The notes: generated by a model not told the origin, from the letters alone. A DNA stretch of 64,000 nucleotides from an uncultured Sphingobacterium sp. (GCA_964441425.1 CAYTXC010000006.1:49727-113726), one strand, 5' to 3'; positions 41,710 to 51,958 are shown, counted from the stretch's first letter. Numbers and translations: made by a program.

Positions 41710-41740
41710 TTTGGCTTTCACTAAAAATCCCCTACTTTTG
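41710..41740 (+). promoter_or_regulatory. Canonical Bacteroidota primary-sigma promoter of rplS
   Basis: TTTG (41710-41713), 19-nt spacer, TACTTTTG (41733-41740). Confidence 0.8.
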
Positions 41741-41760
41741 CAGTCCAAATTTTTAAAGGA

Positions 41761-42111
41761 ATGAACCCCGCTGTAGCATTCGTACACGAGCAGTTAACTG
41801 CAACGAAAGAAACGCCAAAATTTAAAGCCGGTGATAATATCACCGTGAACTATAAAATTATTGAAGGAAACAAGGAGCGTATCCAAAGTTTCAAAGGTGA
41901 TGTGATCAAGCGTCAGGGGCAAGGTGCCACTGCCAGTTTCACAGTACGTAAAATGTCTGATGGAGTTGGCGTGGAAAGAACTTTCCCTGTAAATTCCCCT
42001 AACATTGAATCGATCGCCCTAAATAAAGTAGGTAAAGTTCGTCGTGCTAAGCTTTATTTCTTACGTGAAAGAAGCGGTAAGCGCGCCAGAATTAAGGAAA
42101 AGCGTATCTAA
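41761..42111 (+). CDS. rplS: 50S ribosomal protein L19
   Basis: [37 protein letters not shown]. Confidence 0.98.
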   Translation: MNPAVAFVHEQLTATKETPKFKAGDNITVNYKIIEGNKERIQSFKGDVIKRQGQGATASFTVRKMSDGVGVERTFPVNSPNIESIALNKVGKVRRAKLYFLRERSGKRARIKEKRI

Positions 42112-42136
42112 ATCATATGCTGAGGAAAAATTTAAC

Positions 42137-42168
42137 AAACGGGAGCCTAAAGCTCCCGTTTTTGTTTT
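42137..42168 (+). terminator. Intrinsic terminator after rplS
   Basis: AAACGGGAGC-CTAAA-GCTCCCGTTT followed by TTGTTTT. Confidence 0.85.
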
Positions 42169-42222
42169 GCCCAATTGGGCTTAGATTTTTAACTTTGGTA
42201 TTCATCAGTTAAATGAATTAAC

Positions 42223-42432
42223 ATGTTATCTCAACTTCTACTCAGTATGCCTGGCGGAACAGAATGGATTCTTATTGTAGTTGCCGTTCTGATTCTTTTC
42301 GGAGGTCGAAAGATCCCTGAATTCATGAGAGGTATTGGCCGTGGTATCCGCGAGTTCAATGATGCAAAATCCAATGTGAAGAAAGAAATCGAAGAGGGCA
42401 TCAATGAGAAGGATACAAAAGCGCAGGCTTGA
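42223..42432 (+). CDS. tatA: Twin-arginine translocase TatA/TatE
   Basis: GGTEWILIVVAVLILFGGRKIPEFMRGIGRGIREF. Confidence 0.95.
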   Translation: MLSQLLLSMPGGTEWILIVVAVLILFGGRKIPEFMRGIGRGIREFNDAKSNVKKEIEEGINEKDTKAQA

Positions 42433-42452
42433 TCCTTTAAATCTTCTTTCTT

Positions 42453-43898
42453 TTGTATCGGCATCATTCAATAGCTCAATTTCATAAAGAAATTGATAGT
42501 TCTTCTATTACCTGTGAGCAGGTGGTAAACTCTTATTTATCAAGAATACAAGAGAGCAAGCATCTAAATGCTTTCATAGATATCTATTCAGAAGAAGCCC
42601 TTCAACGTGCCACGGAGCTCGATAACCGCCAAAAGCAAGGTATCCCAAAAGGGAAATTATTTGGGGTGGTAATCGGTATTAAAGATGTGATATGCTATAA
42701 AAATCACAAACTAACGGCAGCCTCTCGGATTTTGGAGGGCTTCCAGTCCTTATTCTCCGCCACAGCCATTGAGCGCCTGTTGGCAGAAGACGCGATTATC
42801 ATCGGCTCGCTTAATTGTGATGAATTTGCCATGGGTTCTTCCAATGAGCATTCGGCCTACGGCAAGGTATTAAATGCACTGGATGAAGAGCGAGTTCCAG
42901 GTGGATCTTCTGGAGGATCGGCAGTTGCTGTTCAGGCTGATTTGTGCATGGTAAGCCTGGGTAGTGATACAGGAGGTTCCGTTCGTCAACCAGCTGATTT
43001 TTGTGGAATAGTTGGATTAAAGCCGACCTATGGTCGTATCTCTCGACATGGCTTGATTGCTTATGCCTCTTCATTTGATCAAATCGGTATGTTCAGCAAA
43101 AATGTAGCCGATGCGGCACTACTGCTGGAGGTAATGGCAGGTGAAGATGAATTTGATTCTACGGTTAGTAGTGAACCCGTTGATGAATATAGTAAACAAT
43201 TAATTGCAGAAACGCCAATACGTTTTACCTACTTCCGAGAAAGCTTAGAGCATCCTTCCCTTGATCCTGAAATCAAAGAAGCTACTTATTTGCTGATCGA
43301 TGAATTAAAGGAAAAAGGACATATAGTTGAGCCTACTGGATTTGATTATCTAGATTTCATTGTTCCTGCGTATTACGTATTAACGACTGCAGAAGCCTCA
43401 TCCAATCTTTCCCGTTACGATGGAGTAAAATATGGGGCTCGCACAACAGATAAATCGCTTGATCTCGCTGGATTCTATGAAGCAAATAGGTCAGAAGGAT
43501 TTGGGAAAGAGGTGAAGCGCAGAATTATGTTGGGGAACTTCGTATTAAGCTCTGGATATTATGAAGCTTATTTTTCACAAGCGCAAAAAGTTAGACGATT
43601 AATTTTAAAAAAGACAGATGAAGTATTTCATCAATACGATATTCTTTTGATGCCCACAGTGCCAACGCCAGCATTCAAGTTTGGAGAAAAATCGAATAAT
43701 CCAGTTGATATGTTCCTTGGGGATTTATATACCGTATATGCGAACCTGGCAGGTATTCCTGCTATTTCCATACCTTTAGCCAAGCATAAAAACGGAATGC
43801 CATTTGGAATTCAGTTAATGTCTGATACTTTCAACGAAGCCCTATTACTCCAAGCGGCTAATCGCATTTCATTTATGAAAATTGCTGCGCATGCGTAA
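42453..43898 (+). CDS. gatA: Glu-tRNA(Gln)/Asp-tRNA(Asn) amidotransferase subunit A
   Basis: Amidase signature (IKD, DEFAMGSS, PGGSSGGSA, GSDTGGSVRQPA), RFDGVKY-like motif, KRRIMLG. TTG start. Confidence 0.93.
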   Translation: MYRHHSIAQFHKEIDSSSITCEQVVNSYLSRIQESKHLNAFIDIYSEEALQRATELDNRQKQGIPKGKLFGVVIGIKDVICYKNHKLTAASRILEGFQSLFSATAIERLLAEDAIIIGSLNCDEFAMGSSNEHSAYGKVLNALDEERVPGGSSGGSAVAVQADLCMVSLGSDTGGSVRQPADFCGIVGLKPTYGRISRHGLIAYASSFDQIGMFSKNVADAALLLEVMAGEDEFDSTVSSEPVDEYSKQLIAETPIRFTYFRESLEHPSLDPEIKEATYLLIDELKEKGHIVEPTGFDYLDFIVPAYYVLTTAEASSNLSRYDGVKYGARTTDKSLDLAGFYEANRSEGFGKEVKRRIMLGNFVLSSGYYEAYFSQAQKVRRLILKKTDEVFHQYDILLMPTVPTPAFKFGEKSNNPVDMFLGDLYTVYANLAGIPAISIPLAKHKNGMPFGIQLMSDTFNEALLLQAANRISFMKIAAHA

Positions 43899-44925
43899 AT
43901 ATTGTTTCATATTAACTTTTTTTACCTGCAGTTGGATTCACACATCAGCTAATACTATTCATGATACCATCGTTCTGAATACTACCCCTCAAGCAAAAGA
44001 GCTGGCTTTGCTTACACTTAATCCCAGAGCAATACCATTTGTCAAGGATTATCTTGATGTACATCAAACGAGGTTGATCAATATGAAATCAACGGCATTG
44101 CCCTATTTCATCATGATCGAGAAAATACTGGAAGAACAAGGATTACCGATTCAATTAAAATACTTAGCCGTTATTGAATCTAATCTCAAACCAACAGCAG
44201 TTTCGTGGGCAGGAGCAGTAGGCCCCTGGCAGTTCATGCCAGAAACAGGACGTTCAATGGGATTGCTGATCAATAATAAAGTTGATGAGCGAACAGATCT
44301 GTATAAAAGCACTTATGCAGCATCAAAATATTTGAAAAAATTATACGCACAATTAAACGACTGGTTATTGGTTATTGCAGCCTATAACGGAGGCAGTGGA
44401 CGCGTTACATCAGCCATAAAAAAATCAGGCAGTAAAGATTTTTGGGATCTTCAATATCATCTTCCAGCAGAATCGAGAACTCATGTCAAAAAATTTATTG
44501 CTACACACTATATAATGGAAGGCCAAGGTGGGGAAACCACAAGGGGTGCAGAAGAACAGGAGATACAGGATGCCAATACGATACCGGAAGAATTAAGTAA
44601 AGGGACGATATCACAAAATATTACCGGTAAATATCTTGCTACTGAAATGGCCAGAATTATCGAAATTGATCTGCCAACATTTAAAAAATTAAATCCGCAA
44701 TTTGATAGTAAGGTTTCAGTAGAAGATTACATGCTTCGCTTACCTGAAGCAAAAATGGGAATCTTCAATGAAAAAAGATTTCAAATTCTGGAGGCATCCA
44801 TCATGGCCAGATTGCAGCAACTTCCTGAAATGGGTACGCTTTATCCTAAAGAAATATCGCTGCCGGCCAGTACACCAAAAAATGAGGTTAAATCGCCAAA
44901 AAAAACAGCAGGAAAGAAGAAGTAA
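43891..44925 (+). CDS. Lytic murein transglycosylase (MltD-like SLT domain, no LysM)
   Basis: YLAVIES, AVGPWQFMPETG, VDERTD, AAYNGG, LPAESRTHVKKF; N-terminal signal peptide. Confidence 0.88.
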   Translation: MRKYCFILTFFTCSWIHTSANTIHDTIVLNTTPQAKELALLTLNPRAIPFVKDYLDVHQTRLINMKSTALPYFIMIEKILEEQGLPIQLKYLAVIESNLKPTAVSWAGAVGPWQFMPETGRSMGLLINNKVDERTDLYKSTYAASKYLKKLYAQLNDWLLVIAAYNGGSGRVTSAIKKSGSKDFWDLQYHLPAESRTHVKKFIATHYIMEGQGGETTRGAEEQEIQDANTIPEELSKGTISQNITGKYLATEMARIIEIDLPTFKKLNPQFDSKVSVEDYMLRLPEAKMGIFNEKRFQILEASIMARLQQLPEMGTLYPKEISLPASTPKNEVKSPKKTAGKKK

Positions 44926-44948
44926 TTTGTCAACACTTCAGTGTTTCA

Positions 44949-46229
44949 TCAAGATAACACCTTTCGTATGGCAGATCCCTTAAGTAAACATTCTTCATAT
45001 TCATTTTCTGGGTTGCTCAATGCAGTTATACCCGAGCCAGACATGAATGATAAATAGTTTGTAGCTGCATTATATAAAATACTACGTATCACTACATTCA
45101 TATCGAAATCCCCTTCTGGTGTTATATACCCTACCGATCCAGAAAAAAGTCCTCTAGGCCCATTTTCAAAAACTCGGATCAAGTCTAAGACACGATGCTT
45201 AGGTGCCCCAGTCATACTTCCCATAGGAAAACAAGCATCCATGATATCCATAAAGGATATATTCTTCTTAACTTTTCCTTCAATAGTAGAGATCATTTGA
45301 TAAACCTGAGGGTATGCATATATGCCAAATAATTCAGAAACCTTAACTGTTCCCTCCTGGCATACCCTTGAAAGATCATTACGTACCAGATCTACCACCA
45401 TTACATTCTCCATTTGATCTTTTTGGCTGTGCTGCAAAGAATGGCGTAATGCCGCATCCCGTTGAGGATTTTCAGGATCACGTCGAATAGTACCCTTCAT
45501 AGGTTGTGAGATCAGCTTCTCCCCTTTTTTACATAAAAACCGTTCAGGACTGGCACTGAGCAAATAAGCACTTTCAGATTTATAAAAAACCGAGAATGGA
45601 TTAGGGGATATGGTACATAATGTACGCCAAGTCTGCAAAGGATCTATTACCGCATGTTCACTGAAAAACTCCTGACAAAAATTAATTTCATAACAATCGC
45701 CTCGTTGAATATGCGCTAATAATCCATTTATTTTTTCTAGATATGTCTCCCTTGATATAGCGGGAATAGTATTCACCGATTTTCTATTGACGCTATCGGT
45801 TACCGATTCTTGAATCAGTTGATGATAGACGTCCTCATGATCCATTTCAAGTGATCCAATTTCTATATTATCGCTTCTGAATTTGATTACATACTGAGGA
45901 ACAAAAAAGGTTAAGGGAAGAAATCCCGTTTTGTCGCTTGCCAATGGGATCTCTTTTTTTAGTATAGAAAGCGATTCAAAAGAAAGATGGAAAAATACCC
46001 AATCCTTTTGGCTATCTATGAAGGAATTGATCGTTTCAAGATCAGTATCCTCTGAAAATGGCAGTTTTTTTATGCTGCCCGCTCCTAGTAATATTTCCTG
46101 AAAATTGAGTACGCTGGAATAGTTATGATTAGCCAGAAAACAACAAATGTTGAACCTGTTTGCCCAGTTCAACATTTGCTGATGTAATTTCTCCCTATTG
46201 GAGACAGGAAATGTTTTAAATACTCTCAA
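44949..46229 (-). CDS. Aminodeoxychorismate/anthranilate synthase component I family (PabB-like)
   Basis: GDCYEINF, SASPERF, PMKGT, ENVMVVDLVRNDL, PMGSMTGAPK, DMNVVIRS. Confidence 0.88.
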   Translation of the reverse strand: MRVFKTFPVSNREKLHQQMLNWANRFNICCFLANHNYSSVLNFQEILLGAGSIKKLPFSEDTDLETINSFIDSQKDWVFFHLSFESLSILKKEIPLASDKTGFLPLTFFVPQYVIKFRSDNIEIGSLEMDHEDVYHQLIQESVTDSVNRKSVNTIPAISRETYLEKINGLLAHIQRGDCYEINFCQEFFSEHAVIDPLQTWRTLCTISPNPFSVFYKSESAYLLSASPERFLCKKGEKLISQPMKGTIRRDPENPQRDAALRHSLQHSQKDQMENVMVVDLVRNDLSRVCQEGTVKVSELFGIYAYPQVYQMISTIEGKVKKNISFMDIMDACFPMGSMTGAPKHRVLDLIRVFENGPRGLFSGSVGYITPEGDFDMNVVIRSILYNAATNYLSFMSGSGITALSNPENEYEECLLKGSAIRKVLS

Positions 46230-46231
46230 GA

Positions 46232-46642
46232 TTAATAATCTTCATCGTCGTCATCAAAACCGCCGCCATCATCAAAAAATCCAAGATCCTTGAATTCATC
46301 ATCGATAGCGAAATCATCGTCACTCGATTTCTTCGAACCGCCAGTTTTTTTACCAGAAGATTTTGATTTGGGAAGATCAAACTCTTCAAAGTCAGGATCC
46401 CAATTTTCATCATCCTCAACTTTATCCCAATCATCATCAACTTCATCGATTTCGTCATCATCATCTTCTTTAGCAGAGGAGCTTTTACGAGATGATGTAG
46501 ATGTTATCTCATCAGTATCTTCAAAATCATTCTCCTCATCCTCTTCTATTTTTTTCTTAGAACGGGATGCAGACTTAGAAGAGGTTTCAGGATCCTCAGC
46601 TTTCTTCGTTATACCCTTTTTCGATTTTTCAGATTTAGCCAT
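46232..46642 (-). CDS. Low-complexity K-rich/acidic hypothetical protein (136 aa)
   Basis: MAKSEKSKK... with long D/E tracts interspersed with W/F. Lies between purA and the pabB-like gene on the same strand. Confidence 0.8.
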   Translation of the reverse strand: MAKSEKSKKGITKKAEDPETSSKSASRSKKKIEEDEENDFEDTDEITSTSSRKSSSAKEDDDDEIDEVDDDWDKVEDDENWDPDFEEFDLPKSKSSGKKTGGSKKSSDDDFAIDDEFKDLGFFDDGGGFDDDDEDY

Positions 46643-46717
46643 TTGAGCAGGATTAATCACCGTAAAATTTCTATCTAATTTTTATATAGCCAAATTTTTT
46701 CTGAAAATTTTTCCATC

Positions 46718-47983
46718 CTATTTCATACGGATGATTTGATCTCTTCCTGGTCCATTAGAGACATAAGAAATTTCTACTCCCAAATATGCGTTAATATGAT
46801 CAATATAATTCTTCATTAATACAGGTATATCCTCTGCATTTTTAAGTTGAGTAATATCCGTTTTCCAGCCGGGGAATGAACGCAAAACGGGTTCAATCAC
46901 TGACTTCAGCATTTGATAGGGCACTTCTTTTTTCGCTTCACCATTTACCATGTAACTTTCGCACACGGATAATGATTCGAAGCTATCCAGTACGTCCGCT
47001 TTGGTCATCACAATTTGGGTAACCCCATTTATCATACAAGCAAATTTCAATGCCACGAGATCGATCCATCCACAACGACGTGGACGTCCGGTGGTGGCAC
47101 CAAATTCACTACCTAATTTTCTTAATTCTTCACCAGTCTCATTTTCCAGTTCAGTTGGAAAAGGTCCGCTACCTACTCTTGTACAATATGCTTTAGAAAT
47201 ACCGATCACCTCCCGGATTTTCTGAGGCGGCACACCTAAACCGGAACATACCCCAGAAGTAGTAGTGCTGGATGAAGTTACAAAGGGGAAGGTCCCAAAA
47301 TCTACATCGAGCATACTTCCCTGTGCACCTTCTGCCAATACCTTAGCGCCTTTACTGATTTTTTCGTTTATGAAATATTCGCCATTTACAATGGTTAATT
47401 CACGCATAAATTCAAGAGCCTCAAAGAACTCTTCTTCCCACTCCGAAATGTCTTCATTGAAATGAAAAGAGTCCAGCATACGCTGATGTTTCAATCTCAA
47501 CTTGATATATTGAGAAGTGAAATTTTTATCTAGTAAATCACCAACACGCAAACCATTTCGGCCAGTTTTATCCATATAGGCAGGGCCGATACCTTTGAGT
47601 GTAGAACCAATCTTCTCATTCCCTTTTGATAATTCAGAAGCTTTATCTAATGCACGATGCGTGGGTAAGATGATATGGGTACGTTCAGAAACAAATAAAT
47701 TTTTTCTGCAATCCACCCCCATTTCGGCCACTTTCTGTGCTTCTTTACGCAGGGTAACGGGATCTAATACCACTCCATTGCCAATGAGGTTGGCAATGCC
47801 TTGATGGAATACTCCGGATGGGATCTGATGTAAGACCACTTTTTTCCCATCAACGTATAGAGTATGGCCCGCATTTGGGCCACCCTGAAAGCGGGCAATC
47901 ACATCATAGGATGGAGCAAAATAATCCACAATTTTCCCCTTTCCTTCATCGCCCCACTGGAGGCCTAAAATGACATCAACCAT
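46718..47983 (-). CDS. purA: Adenylosuccinate synthetase
   Basis: GLQWGDEGKGKIVD, GGPNAGHT, GATTGRPRRCGW. TATCTTTG box at 48003-48010. Confidence 0.99.
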   Translation of the reverse strand: MVDVILGLQWGDEGKGKIVDYFAPSYDVIARFQGGPNAGHTLYVDGKKVVLHQIPSGVFHQGIANLIGNGVVLDPVTLRKEAQKVAEMGVDCRKNLFVSERTHIILPTHRALDKASELSKGNEKIGSTLKGIGPAYMDKTGRNGLRVGDLLDKNFTSQYIKLRLKHQRMLDSFHFNEDISEWEEEFFEALEFMRELTIVNGEYFINEKISKGAKVLAEGAQGSMLDVDFGTFPFVTSSSTTTSGVCSGLGVPPQKIREVIGISKAYCTRVGSGPFPTELENETGEELRKLGSEFGATTGRPRRCGWIDLVALKFACMINGVTQIVMTKADVLDSFESLSVCESYMVNGEAKKEVPYQMLKSVIEPVLRSFPGWKTDITQLKNAEDIPVLMKNYIDHINAYLGVEISYVSNGPGRDQIIRMK

Positions 47984-48025
47984 GTATCTATTTTAAAGGT
48001 GCCAAAGATAGTATCTAAAAGTCAA

Positions 48026-50278
48026 CTATACAGATTCAGTATCAAATCGCTCAACAGAATGAATACCGGACAATTGTTTCAAGCGGGTAAACAAATTCTC
48101 TAATTCCTCTTTGTCGTGTACAAAAAGTTTAATTGTCCCCTTGAAGACCCCTTCCTGGGCTTCAATGGTCAACCCCGCAATATTAATTCTCAACTCACCG
48201 GATATCAGATTCGTGATCTTGTTGATCACCCCCACATCATCCAGTCCAACAATATTGATACCGGTCAAAAAAGATATTTCTTTATTCTTCGCCCATTTTG
48301 TTTTCACCACCCTATGTCCAAACTGGGATAATAATCGGGTGGCATTTGGACAATTCGTACGGTGAATGATCAGCCCTTTACCCGTAGATACAAATCCAAA
48401 TACATCATCGCCAGGAATGGGCTTACAACAGTTTGCTAAGGTGTAAACGATCTTATCACTGGATTCTCCAAAAATGATCAACTCGGTATCTTTTTTAGAA
48501 ACAGCTTTCCCTGATTCTGTACCATCCCATTTATGATCGTGTTCCTGTTTTGCCGGCTTGGGAGGTTCCAACTTATCCCCTAATACATGAAACTCCTTTA
48601 ACTCATGCAAGTCGATAGTCTTAATGGCAATACGATAATAAAGGTCAAGCGCAGAGGATAGTTTATAAAAAGCGGTCAGGATTTCAATATTATGAGTGTG
48701 AAATCCCGCCCCCATATTTTCCAATTTACGTTGCAAAAGATACTTCCCATCCTCTGCCACTTTTCGTTTTTCCTCTTTTAACGCATCTTTTATTTTGCTC
48801 TTAGCCTTAGCTGATACTACAAAGTTCAACCAATCCTCTGAAGGTTTTTGCTTGTTCGAAGTGATGATCTCGATCTGGTCTCCGCTTCTTAATTCATGTG
48901 AGATCGGAACAAGTTTATGATTCACTTTTGCACCTATACATTTAGTACCAACAGCACTATGGATCGAGAAGGCGAAATCGAGAGCACTCGACCCTTTAGG
49001 AAGCATCTTTACATCACCTTTTGGCGTATATACATAGATCTCTTCAGTAAGGAATGATGTTTTAAAATCATGCAGAAAATCAATAGAACCAATATCCTGA
49101 TTGGATAGCATTTCACGGATCTGACCAAACCACTGATCAAATCGATCTTCATCTGCACCGCCCTCCTTGTATTTCCAATGAGCCGCAAGTCCCTTCTCAG
49201 CGATCTCATTCATTCTTTTTGAACGGATCTGCACCTCTACCCATTTACCTTGAGGGCCCATCACGGTGGTATGCAGAGCCTCATATCCATTTGACTTCGG
49301 ATTACTCAGCCAGTCGCGTAAACGTTCGGGTGAAGGAGTGTACATATCTGTAATAAGCGAATACACTTTCCAACAATCCTCTTTTTCCCTTTCTTGAGGA
49401 GAATTCAAAATGATTCTGATAGCAAAAAGATCATACACTTCTTCAAAACTCACCCCCTTTTTCTTCATCTTATTCCAAATAGAATGTATGGATTTTGGAC
49501 GGCCCTGAATTTCATATTGAAATTCTGCTTTATCCAACTTCTCTTTGATCGGTTTGATGAATTCGTTGATGTACCGAGTTCGTTCACGTTTTGTTTCAGC
49601 CAGTTTTCGAGCGATCTCTTTGTAAGTAGTAGGCTCCAGGTATTTCATCGACAAGTCTTCCAACTCTGTCTTGATATTGTAAATACCCATACGATGGGCG
49701 AGCGGAGCATAAACATAAACTGTTTCTGAAGCGATCTTCAATTGTTTCTCCTGCTTCATACTGTCCATCGTTCGCATATTATGCAAACGATCAGCCAGTT
49801 TGATCAAAATAACTCTTGGGTCATCTGTAAGCGTTAACAATATCTTCTTGAAATTCTCTGCCTGCTGGGTGGAGTTATTGTCCACCACATGAGAGATCTT
49901 GGTCAGTCCGTTAATAATCCGAGCGATTTCACTTCCGAATTCACGTTCTACATCTTCTACAGATACATCGGTATCTTCAACCGTATCGTGAAGAAGTGCA
50001 CAAATACTGGAACGTACCCCAAGACCAATTTCTTCTACACAAATTCTGGAAACAGCTATAGGATGTAGAATATAGGGCTCCCCACTTTTACGGCGCATGG
50101 TTTTATGAGCATCAACAGCCAATTCAAAAGCTCTGCGCACCAGTTCTTTATCTCCTGGTTTCAATTTAGGCTTCAGTACCCTAAGCAGTCCGCGGTATTG
50201 ACGTACGATCTCTTTTTTCTCCTGCTCTTCATTAAGGGTATATTTTGGCACTGACGTATGTTGCTCCAACATCTCCAT
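48026..50278 (-). CDS. relA: Bifunctional (p)ppGpp synthetase/hydrolase (long RSH)
   Basis: HD motif (LLHDTVED), synthetase motifs GRPKSIHSI and YDLFAIR, TGS (YTPKGD) and ACT domains. Confidence 0.95.
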   Translation of the reverse strand: MEMLEQHTSVPKYTLNEEQEKKEIVRQYRGLLRVLKPKLKPGDKELVRRAFELAVDAHKTMRRKSGEPYILHPIAVSRICVEEIGLGVRSSICALLHDTVEDTDVSVEDVEREFGSEIARIINGLTKISHVVDNNSTQQAENFKKILLTLTDDPRVILIKLADRLHNMRTMDSMKQEKQLKIASETVYVYAPLAHRMGIYNIKTELEDLSMKYLEPTTYKEIARKLAETKRERTRYINEFIKPIKEKLDKAEFQYEIQGRPKSIHSIWNKMKKKGVSFEEVYDLFAIRIILNSPQEREKEDCWKVYSLITDMYTPSPERLRDWLSNPKSNGYEALHTTVMGPQGKWVEVQIRSKRMNEIAEKGLAAHWKYKEGGADEDRFDQWFGQIREMLSNQDIGSIDFLHDFKTSFLTEEIYVYTPKGDVKMLPKGSSALDFAFSIHSAVGTKCIGAKVNHKLVPISHELRSGDQIEIITSNKQKPSEDWLNFVVSAKAKSKIKDALKEEKRKVAEDGKYLLQRKLENMGAGFHTHNIEILTAFYKLSSALDLYYRIAIKTIDLHELKEFHVLGDKLEPPKPAKQEHDHKWDGTESGKAVSKKDTELIIFGESSDKIVYTLANCCKPIPGDDVFGFVSTGKGLIIHRTNCPNATRLLSQFGHRVVKTKWAKNKEISFLTGINIVGLDDVGVINKITNLISGELRINIAGLTIEAQEGVFKGTIKLFVHDKEELENLFTRLKQLSGIHSVERFDTESV

Positions 50279-50415
50279 ATATCAAATGTACGAATAGACA
50301 TTGGCGAATTTTTGTTTAAAAAGCCAAAGTTTTCAGGCAATTTTGGGAACTATTCCTTTTTTTACCTGCTAAAATTTACAAAATCAAACCTTTTACGTAT
50401 TTTTGCGCCCCCTTA

Positions 50416-50497
50416 GCGCATGTGGCGTAATTGGTAGCCGCGCCAGACTTAGGATCTGGTGTCGTGAGACGTGGGGGTTCGAGTCCCTCCATGCGCA
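50416..50497 (+). tRNA. tRNA-Leu (anticodon TAG); CCA not encoded
   Basis: Acceptor stem GCGCATG/CATGCGC; anticodon arm CCAGA-CTTAGGA-TCTGG; long variable arm; T-loop GGTTCGAGTCC; TATTTTTG box at 50398-50405. Confidence 0.96.
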
Positions 50498-50587
50498 CTT
50501 TAAAATTTGGTAAGGGTAACCTTAACATCCTTCTGGCTAATCCCCATTAGCCAGTTAGTCTATTAGCGAATTAGTCAATTTATTACC

Positions 50588-51958
50588 ATGCCCACAGTTT
50601 CTAGAGAGAACATAAGTCTGTTAAACGATAAGATCACCGTTACGGTTAGTAAAGAAGATTATACTGCCGGTTTTGAAAAAAATCTGAAGCAGTATGCTAA
50701 ACAGGCAAATATCCCAGGGTTTCGCAAGGGAATGGTTCCAACTGGAGTTATCCGTAAAATGCATGGCCCTGCACTTTTTGCTGACGAGGTATTACGCTCT
50801 GTAGAACAGCATCTGATGAATTACTTAAAATCAGAAAAGCTAGACATATTCGCACAACCATTGCCGGGTGCTGACAACAACATCAGCCATTTCAATATGA
50901 ATGAACCTGGTGATTATACGTTTACGTTTGAAATTGGACTTAAACCTGAAGTATCGCTGGATCTTAGCAAATGGACTTTGACTAAGTATGAAGTAGAGGT
51001 AACCAATTCTATGATAGATGAAGAGTCAGATCGCTTACGCCAGCGCTTAGGCAAAATGTCGGAGCCTGAAACCGTAACCTGTGAAGATAACGTCCTGAAT
51101 GTTGTATTTGAAGCTGCTGATGAGTCAGGAAATGTTGCAGAAGGGACAGCCAAAAAAGAAAATTCACTTTTAGTAAAATACTTCACCCCTTCGTTTCAGA
51201 AGAAATTGATGGGACTGAAAAAAGATGATCATGTTGTATTGCAACTGAGTTCAGCATTTGATGAAAAAGAAAGAGAGTGGCTTGTCAAAGACCTTGGTGT
51301 AGATGCTAGCAACCCTAGTGAATTGGATCAATATTTCAAACTGTCAATTGCAAAAGTTGGTCTGGTAGAGAAACGCGAATTGAATGAAGAATTCTTCAAA
51401 GAGGCATTCCCGACTAAAGAAGTAAAATCAGAAGCTGAATTCCGTCAGGCTATCCAAGAAGAGATCGCTGCGCAGTGGAGTAAACAAGCTGTTAATTTCC
51501 TTCACCATGAATTGTACCACAAATTTCTGGATGATGTGAAAATAGAATTCCCGGAAAGTTTCCTAAAACGCTGGATGCAAACTGGAGGTGAAAAGCCAAA
51601 AACAGAATCTGAAGTCGAAGCTGAATTTCCAACTTTCTTAAATCAATTGCAGTGGACGTTGATCTCTGATAAGATTGTCAGAGATAATAATCTTGATGTG
51701 AATCCAGAAGAGTTAAAAGTACATATGCGTGAGCAGCTTTTAGGGTATTTTGGAGGTATGAACCTTGGTGGAGATAACCTCGGATGGCTAGATAGTTACG
51801 TTGATCGTATGATGCAGGATGAACAGCAAATGGAAAGCGCCTATCGTCGTTTGATTACAGAAAAAGTTTTTGAATGGTCGGCAGCCCAGGTAAAAACTGC
51901 TGGGAAGTCAATTTCTGCTGATGATTTCATGAAATTACAGCAGGAACACCACCATTAA
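50588..51958 (+). CDS. tig: Trigger factor
   Basis: ANIPGFRKGMVP ribosome-binding motif; tRNA-Leu-tig-clpP order. Confidence 0.95.
   Translation: MPTVSRENISLLNDKITVTVSKEDYTAGFEKNLKQYAKQANIPGFRKGMVPTGVIRKMHGPALFADEVLRSVEQHLMNYLKSEKLDIFAQPLPGADNNISHFNMNEPGDYTFTFEIGLKPEVSLDLSKWTLTKYEVEVTNSMIDEESDRLRQRLGKMSEPETVTCEDNVLNVVFEAADESGNVAEGTAKKENSLLVKYFTPSFQKKLMGLKKDDHVVLQLSSAFDEKEREWLVKDLGVDASNPSELDQYFKLSIAKVGLVEKRELNEEFFKEAFPTKEVKSEAEFRQAIQEEIAAQWSKQAVNFLHHELYHKFLDDVKIEFPESFLKRWMQTGGEKPKTESEVEAEFPTFLNQLQWTLISDKIVRDNNLDVNPEELKVHMREQLLGYFGGMNLGGDNLGWLDSYVDRMMQDEQQMESAYRRLITEKVFEWSAAQVKTAGKSISADDFMKLQQEHHH

Noticed and set aside
42223-44925. gatA without gatB/gatC, flanked by tatA and an MltD-like gene
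   Set aside because: Scattered gat genes are common; nothing in the sequence indicates a new function.
46290-46646. 118-aa Ser-rich plus-strand ORF and the many other short antisense ORFs in the track (e.g. 9799-10134, 16784-17128, 54144-54707)
   Set aside because: They are shadows of well-supported genes on the opposite strand, with no motifs or independent expression signals.
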